From: Lepidodermella squamata
Lineage: Eukaryota; Animalia; Gastrotricha
Reading direction: 5' to 3'
NCBI GenBank assembly: GCA_047495785.1
Contig: JBLDXI010000024.1
Location: forward strand, 62,001 to 126,000
DNA length: 64,000 nucleotides
A program made the translations under genes and the position numbers. Numbering within the stretch: the stretch's first letter is position 1; each line of letters begins with the position of its first letter. Shown here in pieces: positions 35,892 through 49,433 of the stretch. The notes beneath the pieces were generated by a model, which was not told where the DNA came from, made no database searches, and saw only the letters and a program-made list of their open reading frames with translations.

Positions 35892-36670
35892 CTAAGCAAT
35901 AAAACTGATCATTTTGGTATAATCGAGCCTCATAAAATGATATTCCAAGGTATCGCATACTAATTTGCAATCTATGAAGTTGGAATCCTAATTCCTTAAA
36001 TGTTCCGGATAATCTCACTCATGTGATTCATGCAACGAAACCATCCAACTCTCGGTGGTGCCGAGATATAATTGTGCTCTCCTCACCCGTCCTATCATGT
36101 GAATACGCGATCGTGCGCTTGGGTATTCTTTCACACTACAGTACAAGCACCCATTTGGACATAAGTAAAAACGGTAAGAGCACGGCGATGAAACGAGCGA
36201 GTATACAAACAAAACAGCAGATTTATAATAATTTTACACTCCGGCCTTCATTGTGTTATATATGTGTACACCACAGTTCAGGTTTTACACCAGTAAAACC
36301 CATGACCGTGTCGCCCGCAACAGCAGCCCGCTTCCATGGACTAGTTTTTCCAACAAGTTCAATTAACACAGCCCACGCAAGAAAACTTTATAGACACCTT
36401 TTGGCTCTACCCATCTTATAATTGCGGCATGAAAATTTTTAGGTTTTTAAGCGTTTCTGGTGTTTTTGCTATTTCGCCTACAGCAGAGCCGCTCCAGGTT
36501 GTTTTCATTTCTATTATATTGAATATGTCGTGACTTGGTTATGGTAATTATTGCCGTGTTTATGGCCTTTTAAAACCCGAAATTTGTATATAAAGGGCGC
36601 TTTTAAGCTACACAAACCTGCTCAACGTGCATTTTGAACTTACAAGCAACAACTGTCTTTTAAAAATCTC

Positions 36671-38873
36671 ATGGTTGAGGGAACTGGAAAAGACACCGCT
36701 GCAGAGGGTGCAACGAAACGGCCGATGTGGTACGGCTTGACAAACACCAAGTGGCTATGCTGGAAGTTTTACTTCCTTTTTAAATATGGAGGTTAGCGAA
36801 TGTGATTGATTTCAATTTTTTAACCTCGGATTTTTTTTTATAAGCCATGGGATGCATCTTGCCATACATGGTTGTTTATCACAAAGCTCGCAATCTTTCT
36901 CCAGCTCAAATCGGTATGATTGAATGCAGCGGCTATCTACTTGGCGTGCTGGCTCGCGGCGTCGTCGGTCGCCTGGCTGACAAAACAAAAAAGCATATAT
37001 TATTGTTATCGCTATGCGTCCTGCTGTTCTCCGTCTTCCATTCGGCTCTTTACTTCGTCCAGGCGCCAAGTGAGCCCATTTTTCCGACCTATTCTATCGA
37101 TTTCGAATGCAAACCGCACACAACCGAAGAAGCTATTGTGAGTTCCTCGTTAAGAATATCCAGATTATAATTAAGACAATTCGAACAGATCAAGACTTGC
37201 AACGCTTCGTCAAGTTCGATTTTGGCAAATATTTCGAAGATAGATTCTTTCCTGCACATCTCCGGAACCTTGAGAAAAGAGCGCGGACTCATACCTCATG
37301 AGCAAAACTGTCATCTATACCAGGACGCCTGTCACATTTCTTGTAGCAACTTTGGTACGCGATAAAAGTGCAATAGTAACACGATCTTTTCGCAAGCAAT
37401 ATTTTCAGATCATCAACCTCAAAAGTTGGACATTAAATCTTTGGTGGCTGATGGCGACTGTACAACAATCGAAGCAACATACAACGCCACGCATTGGAAC
37501 TGCAATGGCACAATGATGACTAGCTGTCGCCTTAATTGCTTATGCTCAAAACATCGAGTTGAAATCGACTCGGAATCTGTTTATATTGACAGCAAAGTGT
37601 GTATAAACGAATTGCCGAAAAATGTTTCCTTAAATTTTCTTTAATAATTTTTCAGAGCTCACTTTCACCGTCGGTAATGTTCGTAGCGATTCTAGTGTTG
37701 CGGCTGCTTGCTTGCTTATGTTTCGCCCCAACATTTGCCTTGGAAGATGCCATCATTTACGATTCATTCGGACCAGAAAATAAGCAGTATTGGGGACAAC
37801 AGAAGATGTTAGGTATGCACCTTTGCTCTTATATAGCAATCTCTGACAAAGCATCACTCTGATAAAGGAACTTTTGGAGTGGGAATCGCCGCAGTCTTGA
37901 CCGGCTTTGCGATAGACTACTTTGACTCGTTCGATGTCGTATTCCAAGGTCTTATACCGTTGAGTGTGGCTGCTGTTTTAATCGCGTTCTTCTGGCTGCC
38001 AAAGGTTATTTATGACAACTAAAGCATGAAATATATCAAGTCTTCAATTCACTCCTCAGGCTGTACCAAAAACGACTGCGAAACACGCACAGGCTACGGA
38101 AATCAGGCTATGTGAAGCTCTTAAAAAAGTGTGCGGTGATCCTCTGTTTCTTGTGGCCTGCATTGTGTCATTCGCATCTGGAGCTTTCACTGGCATAGTT
38201 TTTGTGATATGGCCGCAATGGGTGCTTCACCTAGGCGCTAGCAATGTTTTGATCGGTGTAACTACAGTTTGCGGTAGTGTTTTTGAGTCAATCGGATTCT
38301 TTTTCGCTGGGGTTATTGTCACTCGTTTTGGAGAAATGATCTGCTTCCTTGCTATGTTTGCTACTTACGCTGGACGATTTTTCGCCTACTCTTATCTAAC
38401 CCCGGCAACAGTTTGGTTGAGCTTACCATTGGAAATATGTCAGCTAACCTGTTTTTCGTTCTTTCTCGGAGCTCTCACTCACTACGCCGCACGAATCGCC
38501 CCGCCAGGTATTTACTGCAAAATAGGGATATTTGAATATATACCCAGTTATAACTTTTTAAGGAATGTCAGCTACTGTTCAAGCTATTTTCCATTCCTTG
38601 AACTTTGGCTTTGGAATCGCTGCTGGTGTGTTGAGCTCTGGAGCCATCTATCATAAACTTGGTGGAATGATAACATTCCACATCTACGCAACAATATCTC
38701 TTGCGCTATTTTTGATCACGCTGATTTTTCATTGCATTTACTCTCGCTTGTCTGGGAAGAAATCTCAATCCGTGAAGGCTGAGAAAATAGGACAGCACAA
38801 AGCAGTTGCAGTTGCCCGAGATGTGGAGCATCTCCTACGGCAGCAAAGGGATCTGGAATCCCAATCCAAATAA
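36671..38873 (+). CDS. MFS transporter, MFSD6-like (copy 2) with Cys-rich extracellular insertion
   Basis: WYGLTN..W..LK N-terminus shared with copy 1; GRLADKT; WGQQKML; PQWVLHLG; Cys-rich loop at about 37110-37600. Confidence 0.82.
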
Positions 38874-40099
38874 TCAACTTGCGCTTTGAACCTATTGACT
38901 CTAATGAACTATTATGACTATGCTGTCGATGCGTTAAAGAATATGAAATTATTGATAAAAAGTTTTTCCCAGGCAGCTGACACCTTGATTGGGATTGTTT
39001 GATAGGTTGGGCTTTGAGAGTCTCGTGGACATCCTACGTCACAATAGCAAGCCATAGCTCACAATTTTCAGCGGAAAAGCCGTAGTACCACCTAAAACTG
39101 TGAGCCGGTCAACAACTCAAGAGCTCTCAAATATGCCAATATGCTGGAAAATCTTTGCCGCTCGCTTGACTTTGGCTTGTTTCAAGAACGCTCTAGCACT
39201 CGAAGCATCAAAATGTACGACACATGAATGTATTCATTTTGGTCGCTTTAAGAAACGGCTTTCCATCCGAGGCGGATCCATTTGGGGTGGATTTCAGCCG
39301 ACGCAAGTGGGCCCGTCGATCACTGAGAAAAGATAGTGACAACAAATGAAAAGCTACTAAAACGCAATTATTATGCGTCTAAATTTTTATTACTATTTCA
39401 AAAAAGTAGAAATTTTGATTAATCGATTTTATTTATTTTTGAGGGACGACCTTCACAGGGAACGCGTCGTTACCGATCGCGGTGATTTCTTGGGAGACGA
39501 TCTTTTCTGCAGTGTTAGTTGCGTTGCGGGTTGCCGGTTACGGTCTCTGAAATCCAGCGGTATAAGACGCGCGGTAGAAAGAAATTAACTTTTACTATGG
39601 AATGACCTCAAGCGATTCGGCTTCTTGAACTTATTGCATCATAGTGAGATGACAAGAGTCTAAACTGTAAACTGATACCGTTACATTCATCCGTCCAAAG
39701 TATTATTGTCTTGGTAAGGCATTAGTCAGCAAAGCATTAGCTTTTTGTCACTTTTTTGCACCAAACCAGATTTCTGTGATTTTTTGCTGGAAATATGGGT
39801 GCTGGTAGAACTTTAAACCCAAGATGAACGTTAAACTTAAGATATGTCTGATTTAAGTATACCAAATCAGTTACTTATGTTTCCGAAACCTGCCAAGGTG
39901 ACCTCATTGCTCATCTTGGTGTATCGACTTCTATTTCTGACTATTTTTTTAAATTCCGGAGTGGATAATTGACATTGCTTCACGCGACCAGCGCCTAGCC
40001 CGTTAGTATCATCTGGTCATCCACAATGAAGAATTTACAGTTTATTTTCTTCTGCTCTATTAGTTAAATCTTAGTGCTTAGCTGGATGTTTTCGCTGAG

Positions 40100-41941
40100 A
40101 TGCCATCGGAGAAAGTCGAGAGAAATTCTATGTGCAAGTTCGAAAAGCGCTTGCTACCTTTGAAGTTCGTATATTTTTGGACCTATGCTGGTAACTTTGC
40201 ATTTATACCGACAGTTCACGTTGTTCTTATACCGTGTTTCGTTAACAGGTGCCGCCGCGCTTTTCCCTTTCTTTGTGACATGTTAGTTTTAATAGCGTTT
40301 GGAATATCAGGGATGTCATATAAATTTCTGTTTATTCCTATTCAGACTATAATGAGATCGGCCTTACAGCAACCGAGTTGTCGATCATTCAAGCCGCAGT
40401 CACCTTCGTATCCTTGTTCGTGCGTCTAATAATTGGTAGAATCGCTGATATATCCACCTACTATCGATCGTGTCTCGCTGTTGCTTTGATATGGTGTGCT
40501 GTGTTACATCTTCCTCATATGCTGATACCGAAAATTCCACCCGCTTCTGGAAATGCCTCGTCAGTAGAAAATTTTACTATTTCGACCAATTCTGTCGTTG
40601 TGGAATCTGCTTACAATGCCGGGGACTATACATTTGTTTGGCTCTCTGAATGGATATCACCCACGCGGGCAAATATATTCATGGCGCTGATGCTTATTCG
40701 TGTAATAGCTTCTAGTGCCGTGTCCCCAGCCATGTCGCTCACTGATACTTTTGGTTTGTATTAGAAATACTGCTTGTGAAGTTATATATTTCATATTGTC
40801 AGGATACGGCCTTTCAAATGGCGACCAGAAACTGTGGGGCCGGCAACGCTGTTTCACTACTTTTGGATGGGCTTTCTCTACCGTTTGCATTGGATACTAT
40901 TTGCGCGTTGCCCAAACGCATTACTACCTGTTTGTTATAACTGGCTCTTTCTTTGTTATCGCCGCTTTCTCGACAGCGTTTTTGTCACCATTACACCATC
41001 ATAGCTCTGACATAGGAGATCCCACTACCGGCAACAAGTTGCTATGGAAAGTTTTATCTCGGCCCCAAGTCGTTGTTTATCTGATCTTCACCACGATCAA
41101 TGGCATGTTATTGGCGATGGAGTACAATTTTCTATTCCTCTTTCTAACGGAACATGGCGCTGACGAGTTATTGATAGGAATGCACCAAGCAGTCGATTCT
41201 CTTGTCGAATTGCCGATGTTCTTTTTCTCAGGCTATATTGTCAAATCTCTCGGCTACGTCCCATGCTTTTGCATATCCTTTGTGGCCTATATCGTTCGGC
41301 TGATGGGATATTCCTTCCTCGCGAATCCGCTTTACTTCGTCCTCCTGATTGAAGTAAGATTTCTGCATGTCCATATGTGTGACATTAAAAAACTATATTT
41401 TCAGCTGACCCATGGATTTTCGTTTACGCTGTTTCTTGCTGCTGGCTCTGGTTATGCAGATGCGTTAACACCTCCTGGTTGTCCTGCTACTTTACAAGCG
41501 ATTTTCAATAGCTTCTATTTTAATTTGGGTAAATTTTTATGAAAATTCGAGGTGAAAATTGTAAAATATTAATTAATTTTAGGGGTTGGCATCGGAGAAC
41601 TAGGCGGTGGCTATTTATATCCATACATCGGCGCGAGATGGTTCTTTCGAGTGGGTGCGATTGTCGCGCTTCTCAGCGCTGCTTTTTATTCCATATTATG
41701 GTATACATGGATCAGAAAATTGGACCAACGCGATCTGAGGAGATCTGAATCAGAGAAAGGCATTAAATCAGTCGAAGTGAATGGAATTAAACGAGACGGC
41801 GCGGCGCTGCTTTTCGATAACAACTACAACGATTTAGCGCACATCGACGACGAAACTGGCGAAGTTGACATAAAGCTGAGTCTAATTAATGACCATAAGA
41901 TGCATTATTCTAACAGCAACAACGATAAAATTACTTTCTAG
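40100..41941 (+). CDS. MFS transporter, MFSD6-like (copy 3)
   Basis: LLPLKFVYF; GRIAD; WGRQR; FLFLFLTEHGA; ELPMFFFSG; ATLQAIF..G.G...GG. Confidence 0.85.
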
Positions 41942-43497
41942 GATTTTCTAATTTGATGATAAATCGTATAGTTTCTTCCTTTTCTCGAAATCTCTTCCTT
42001 TAATTTGAGCTGAATGAACGAAAATTTGTGAGTAATATTTTAAAAATTTACCTGTATATTTGAGCATAATATCTGAGGTGATATGAATCTTAATATTTAC
42101 GAAAACTTGTCTAATTTCTCTAGTAATTATAGTGAGATCTCGTGTAAAATTTGCTGAGATCCAGTGTTGATTCTTTACAACGGTTGTTGATGTTTTCCGA
42201 CGGAATTATGACTGTTTCATTTCCGCTGTATTTCTAACGCCAAGATAAAGCTAACCGGTGCTCAATGGCTACTCCCTTACGGTAGCCGACTCCTGCTCTT
42301 GTGGCAATCACTTTACTTACCATTATACTTCTTTATGTGAAATCATCTGCGATCGAATTTGTGCACTCTTCATATTCATGCGCGATGTAAATCGCCCAAT
42401 AAATAGTGGACGGGAACGCGAATGCCGATTGCAGTGTTTTTGTTGTTATTATTATGATTGCCGTTGTATCACCGTGCTAATACGGCGCCAAATGATGATC
42501 CCGAAATGAAGGCGTGTTATTTTTTCCCATGAAAACACAGATACACAGTCAGTATCTGACTGTGCGAGGAAGCAGGTTGTTTTTACAGCGCGGCAGCAGC
42601 AGCCGATGTGTAAAAGGCAGTCCTTAGAGCCGCGGATCCTGTTTCTTGCCGAGAGATAGCCACTGCGTCGCCAAATCCCTTCTGATCGTCCACCGCCTTA
42701 CAGCTCATTTCACATCCACAAACATACACGCTGTATTCCTACAGGGATTTCAGCCGGATCGGATTTAGCAGCGTATTCTCTTTTTTTAATAAAACTGGCG
42801 GCGCCACAACTAATTTGAGGCGATTGCGATTGCAGGTAAGCGCTACCTATACGCCGGCGATAGTTGTATATTTAATCACGATAAAACGCGCTTCATAGCT
42901 TTTTGTGACTTCATCAGCTTGAAAGCGACGTGACACGTGTATAAAAACTAATCGTACCGCTGCTTAACACGCAAAAATTTTAATGCACTGCTTGCGTTGG
43001 TAAAATTTCGCTGTTAACTTTAGAAAAATAGAGGCCTCGATTCAGTTTCAAAAGAAAACTAAATTGGGGGAGTTTTCTGCGCTTCCTGGCGTCCCTTTAC
43101 GTACTGTATTTTCTAAATGCTAAATATCGGCTATTTCCTCTCGAACGAAATTTCCCCATTCCCCACACCTATTACTTAGCAGCATGATTCTTAATTACTT
43201 ATATGGAGCTTGATTTGAAAGAATGTGCACTCCTGTTCCGCCTCCTCGCTATAAGCAGCGCCAGCCAGTATTGCTCTTCAGACCCTTATTTGCCGCTTAT
43301 ATAAATCCGTTTTTTTTGTATTCATTGTGTTATTATCGACTTTGAGGTCAGCACATGCTTTATCGTTCCTTGAAAATCCTGCTTTTGCACATTCACACTG
43401 TCTGCATGCGGCCAATAATTATGAGCACTCGGCACTGAGAGGCAATCGTTTGTCTGACAACTTGAAATAATTGCTGATTGCTGACAAACAATAAAAC

Positions 43498-46270
43498 ATG
43501 GATTTACTTACGACTCCGATTAATAGAATGCCGGTGACGCCGACGCTAAGCCGCGCAAACAGCATCAACTGGCACCTGCACACCATGGCGCCGTCGCCGC
43601 GCGCCTCGCCAAGACCCAGCCGCCAGGCGAGCCGGGTGCAGTCTCGGGCGCCGTCTTGCGGGCCGTCGCGCATGTCGTCGCGTGTGCCATCCCTGGCCGG
43701 CACGCGGACATCGCGCGTTCGAACAACCCGCTCATCGCCTCAATCGAGTCGGCACAGCTTCCGCACGCCCGTGGTGATGGTGCAAGACGTCGACGACGGG
43801 GTGACGCTGATCTCGTCAGCTGGCGACGCTGAGGACCTGCGCCCACCGCCTCAAAAGCGCTGGTACCAACCTGAGCGCCACCTTATCGCAATAAAATTCG
43901 TATATTTATTCGTATATGCGAACACGGCGTGTCTCATCCCATACTTTGTTACTTTCTACCTCGAATGGTTTGTTATTTTTTTGTTTCGACGTAATGACGA
44001 AATGAAGTTTAATTTTTCAGGGGTTTAACTCCGTCGGAGCTTTCGCTTATTCAGGCTGTCGTGCCGTTTTTTGGTTTCATCGTGAGACCTATAATTGGTC
44101 GATTGGCAGACGTAACCAACAGGCATAGAGCTGTATTCGCTGCCTGCTGCTTATGGTGAGTCATTGAAAATATATTACATTAACCAAAGCAACTATGCGT
44201 TTGTCTCTTTCTAGGTGCGCTTTCTTTCACATACCGCACATGTTTGTACCTAAATTGACACCGATTGGCGAATCAGCGGCGATATGCAGTAATCATCATC
44301 ACGCGGCATGTACAACACCGGTTCCAGCTATTAATGACACTTTCACGTATGGCGTCGCCAAAGATTTTAATACCACCTTCACCAGCACTGCCATGCCGAT
44401 CTCAAATTTCACATCTACTACTACTACCACTTCCAATCCTGGCGCTAATGCCGATCAATCATCAGGCGCGCCTTCGGTTGGAATTTTCAGTGACCCAGAC
44501 CGATTGCCAACTTTGACGCTGCTTTTGGGGCTGCGCTTGGTCGCCTATGCTGGACAGGCGCCGACGCAAGATCTCGCTGATGCGTTTTGCTTCGCGGCGA
44601 CTGAACGCGACCCGAGACGTTGGGGCCGTCAAAGGGCATGGTCAACAGTCGGTTGGGCTGGGGCTACTCTTTCTGTCGGCTACATCTTGAACACCATGGG
44701 TAAGGACTTGAAATATTCTTAATGAGATCAGATGTCTTATTTCCCATGAGTATTTTGATGTTTTTAATTACTTGCATTTCGATTTGAAGGTACGCATTAC
44801 TGGCTCTTCGCCATGACGGCTGTATTCAACGTTGCCGCTGCTATAGCTATAATTTTCCTCGAACCTTTGAGCGAAGGAGCACCAACAAATATAGGACATG
44901 GTGGTGTTTCCGGTCATGCGAATGCAGGAACAACCGCGAGTAGCGCTACCCAGAGCAATCACAGTAGTCGAAGATCTCGCTCAATACGTTCCTTCACAAG
45001 CAGTCAGTATCGTCGGCCAACTACAGCTTCTTCGAGTACAACCGGAGCCTTCTCGGCGTCTTCGCGACTATCAATGACAGCGGCTTCCGTTACAACCTTT
45101 GACACAGCCACTTCACTGCTTCGAACATCTTCCCACCGAAGTGACACTTCGCAAGTCACTCAACCCAAAGTGACGCTAACAGCTTTGTTGAAGCAAACTC
45201 ACGTCCAGATTTACTTGCTCTTTTCCATGCTGAGCGGGTCGTTGTTGGCTATCGAATTCAGCTTTTTGCTCATTTTCATCACAAACCTAGGCGGTACCGA
45301 GTTGTTGATCGGCATGCATCAAGTTGTTGACAGCATGTCCGAATTTCCGCTCTTCTTATTTTCCGGCTACATCATCTCCTACGTCGGTTTCGTACCGTGT
45401 TTCTGTATTTCTTTCCTAACCTACATCATTCGCCTGCTCTCTTATTCCTTCCTTGAACCGCCACTCTACTACGTCCTTATAGTCGAGGTTTTTCAGATTT
45501 TCAAGAGATAATCTGTTCTACGAGATTGTTTAAATTTAGATAGTTCATTGCTTTAGCTTCACCCTCTACGTTGCGGCAGGTTAATATTTAAATTTTAATT
45601 AAATTCACGATTCCAAGTTTTTGATAGGAACTGCTTATGCCGACTCGATCACCGCACCGGGTCTGGAGGCGACTCTGCAGTCCCTTTTTCAAGGAGTTTT
45701 CTTTGGCTTAGGTTGGATGGGTTTAAAATTAAAAAGTTCCTGAACTGGTTTTTGTAATTTCCTGTAGGCATGGGGGCTGGAAATCTCGTCGGCGGTATTT
45801 TGTATGAAATAATCGGTCCGAGATGGCTTTTCCGTGGCGGAGCTGTTGCAGCTGCGATCTGTGCCGCCGCGTATGCAACTATCTACTACTCAGGCGTGTT
45901 GAAGATGCGTAAGGCATCCGAATCGAGACGCTCCTCAGTTACGAACCTTTCACGGGTGCTGTTGCAAAACGAAGCGAGTACGGCGACACCTTCGACGGTT
46001 GCCGCCTACGACGGGCCTTGCTCGATGAGCATCAAGACGATTGATAACGACACGTCGACCCTGGCGCCGGAAGACGCGCGCAGTCTGTCTCGGCGCAGCT
46101 GCAGCCTGCAAGTGCCGCCGTCGCCTGTGCCTACGTCGGAGCTGTTCCGAGCTGCCGACGGCCTACACCGGTCGCCCGGGTCAGGCCGCGTGCCCATGGT
46201 AGTTATGATGACGCCGCTGACAGCTCGCATCGTCGCGCGCGACGGTGTGATACGCTTCATTGATGATTAG
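43498..46270 (+). CDS. MFS transporter, MFSD6-like (copy 4) with long Ser/Arg-rich N-terminus, central loop and C-terminus
   Basis: LIAIKFVYLF; GRLAD; WGRQRAW; HQVVDSMSEFPLFLFSG closely matches copy 3; ATLQSLF. Confidence 0.85.
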
Positions 46271-47186
46271 CTGCATTTCAACCTATAGCTACTCATCGAT
46301 TTCGATTTCTTTCGAGGGTGTCCAAGCTGAGAATTTCGTTACTCGAACCAGGCTTTTCCGTGACATTAAATACTGGATAGCCTTGAGTGCTTATCAGACC
46401 TTCATATCTTCGCCAATGTGCTACGGCGAATCGATATTTGAACTAGATAATTAATATAGTTTCTTTCCGGCTAATAAAACTTGATTTCGGAAATCCTGAA
46501 AATTAGTAAAGCCAATCGTGATTCACCAATGTTTCCTGTCAAACGGGTGATTTATAAATATCCCTGTATGTAAACCTTCACAGACATCATCAGTTGAAGA
46601 TCGGCATTCCAATTTTATTAATGAATTTTGACCGTGTTACTTGAAAAAGAAATAGCCGTTAAAAGGACTGTTTGTTCTATTAGATGTCACAACGATACAA
46701 TTATCGCTCAAACACAAAAAAACCGCAACCACAGTACGTTAAGGAAGACTTTTTTGCTAGTGCAGAAACATTAAGTCTCGCCCGATTCCGGAAAACAGTC
46801 TATCAAGTATTGTTATTTGAAGCAGCTCGGTGGACACATGCAACAACTAAAAGAATAAATTGATTGACGCTACGCTGAAGCCAGCGATGAGTCATCGAGG
46901 CATCAAAATGGGGCTCTCTCATGATCACAAGTTCAAGACCGGCAAAAAGCACAAAAAGAAATGGGGTCACCAATGAACGACGAGGAAACACCGGATTTAC
47001 AAACATATAAGTAACACGAGTGAAATTTAGGAACGCCGACAGATCATTGAAAGGCACGGACCAAATGATCATTATTAGTGAAGGAACCCAGCGCAACGGC
47101 GGGGCCAGTAAAAAACGCATGAAAGTAGGTTCTTTTCATTCATATCACGATTCCACTGTTATCATAATATAAGTTATCGCGCAGGC

Positions 47187-48201
47187 TCATTCAGAATGAA
47201 TGTGACTTCTGCTCTGATGATGCTGCTTCAAGAAATTCATCTCCTGCCTTAATCTTTCAGCACCGTTTAAAAATGGTAAGCTGTTTGAGGATCGCGCCAG
47301 TTCATACTAAACGAAGAAATCACAATATATAAAAAAATCAAACATGAGCAAAGCGAAAATTTACCGAGGCTAGTTGTCGTCCAATGTGACCTGTTGTTAC
47401 ACTACCGACGAAGAAAATAAACTAGAAAAAATAGGAGTCGTCAATGCTATCGTGCTTAATCAAACCATCAACTCACCGGAACCCAAAATCTAGCACTTTG
47501 AAATTGCTCCAGCAGTTGCTTTGGGTATTCAGCTTGGGTAATTGAATGTATGTTGAAAATCGAATATTCAACAAGCAAAGCAAGACAAGCCATGCAGAAA
47601 TCCACAACGAGGCCTTGAAGGCTTGAGTCGAATAAGTACCAAAACAAGGCACACAACAACGGAAAAACTGTAGTGAGAATTCGATCTTCCACGAAGAATC
47701 GCTAAAAAATAAATACCAAAATTGCTTTCCCGTTAGCCCCATTATGCCCAACTTACGGCACAAAGATGATTAAGACCGAGAAAAAGAACAACGCATTTCA
47801 ACGAGCTGGCGAAATCGCACGAAGACATGTGTGCCAATTTGCCACTAGCAATATCGATGAAGGGGTAGAGCACACCAATAAAGGCTGCAAATTACGGCAA
47901 ATATATAATTTATCCGAAAGAACATGGTTTATCACAAACCAGAGCAGACGCCGCAAATCGGGACAATCCACCAGCCTAAGAAGAGAATGCGCCTAAATAT
48001 TTCAAACGATATCTTCGTCTCTTCCGGCATCTTGGAGGCTAGAAATATAATGAATAACAAAGTAAACAGAAACTTCTTTAAAAAACCACGAAACTTACTC
48101 TGAAACAAGCCAACCAATATTGTTAATCCTGCGCCGATGTTGAACAATATCGCACCCCGCAGGCACATGCTGCGGCATGTAGTGAGTTGTTTAGTAGACA
48201 T
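47187..48201 (-). CDS. INSIG: Insulin-induced gene protein (INSIG) homolog
   Basis: Spliced product includes GAILFNIG, WWIVPICG, IGVLYPFID, KCVVLFLGLNH, WYLFDSS..GL, ARFWVP, IFFVGSVTTGHIGRQLA and C-terminal HIHSE, matching the INSIG pattern. The start could instead be the ATG at 48243. Confidence 0.85.
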
Positions 48202-49433
48202 CTCCAGGTGATAAGGCAGCTGATGGTTGATGTTAACTTCCATACAACCTCCTAGTATTAAAAATCAATTTTCAAATGAATTTCAGCATACAAAAGTATA
48301 AATATACTTCCAGTAAGCAAATACACGGATAGCTTAACCCAAGTATCAGCGCCTTAAATATCACGATCACGAATTCGATGTGCGCAGCAGGAGCTTCGTC
48401 CCTTTCACTACTGACCAGAGCTGATACGTGATATTGAGTTCCACGCAATTTTCAAGGACTGAGCAGAGGAACAAAGAGGCAGACAAAAGCAATATTACAA
48501 GAGTGGATGATATAGTCAATGCGTGACATCGAGTAGAAATTAAACGCTTGCGATTAAGGGGACCAACGAAACTTGGGAAGTTATCATCCAGCGATAAATG
48601 GCTTAAGCCTCACGCCACTAGCTCGGCAAGCCAAAAAATAGCCAGTGGCTAGCAAGAACAACGCCCACGGCCAGCAGCCCACAGCCCGCAGAATATACGC
48701 AAGCCAGGAGCCATGCCGAAACGGCAAGTTGGGCTAATCATGCTGGGATGGGGTGATCCTTGCGGTTACCAACCTTCACTTTGTAAACGAAAACATAGAG
48801 ACCCGCGCAAACGTCAAGGTCACTTGGTAAAATAAAATGCTTACAATACCTCATATTCCATATTTTTCCTTTGTAAATTCATAAATTAAACAATTTAATG
48901 AAGAAAAAATAGCTGCATGATAATGAGCGATTTTTTATACATTTTCCTAGATGCCGATGGGTCCGAAGTTCGACGGCTCCGGCGCTTTTGAACTCGTGAT
49001 GGTTCAGCTGCAAGGACAAGATCCAAGCCGAACAGACACAGTGACATATTGGCTAGCTGCCCGTCAATCGACAAATGGTGATGACGGATGAAAGGATTTT
49101 GCGGGACAGGAAGCTGAAATGTTGCGCGGGGAAAGCGCAGCAAGTTAGCATTACCAGTATAAAGCTGTGCAATCACTCCTATTTCGATGCCTCAAAATTT
49201 CTTCCTGAAAATCAAATGTCACAATACTTCTTCTGATTCAGCGTCGCGTTACACATAGCTTTCGGTCTCAGTCTCCTGTTCCGATGTCATGCTCCAGCAA
49301 TCTGATTACAAGCCTTCAATAAGAAGAGTTAAAGAGTCAATGCGACATCATTAACATATTTAGATTTATTATACGCGGATATCTGAACGAAATAAACGAA
49401 ATTAACGAAATAAAGCGATGACATATTAGTTCG

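Noticed and set aside
46803-47120. 105-aa hydrophobic ORF and an overlapping short Lys/His-rich + strand ORF
   Set aside because: Lies just past the INSIG stop codon with no motif or splice support; likely 3' UTR.
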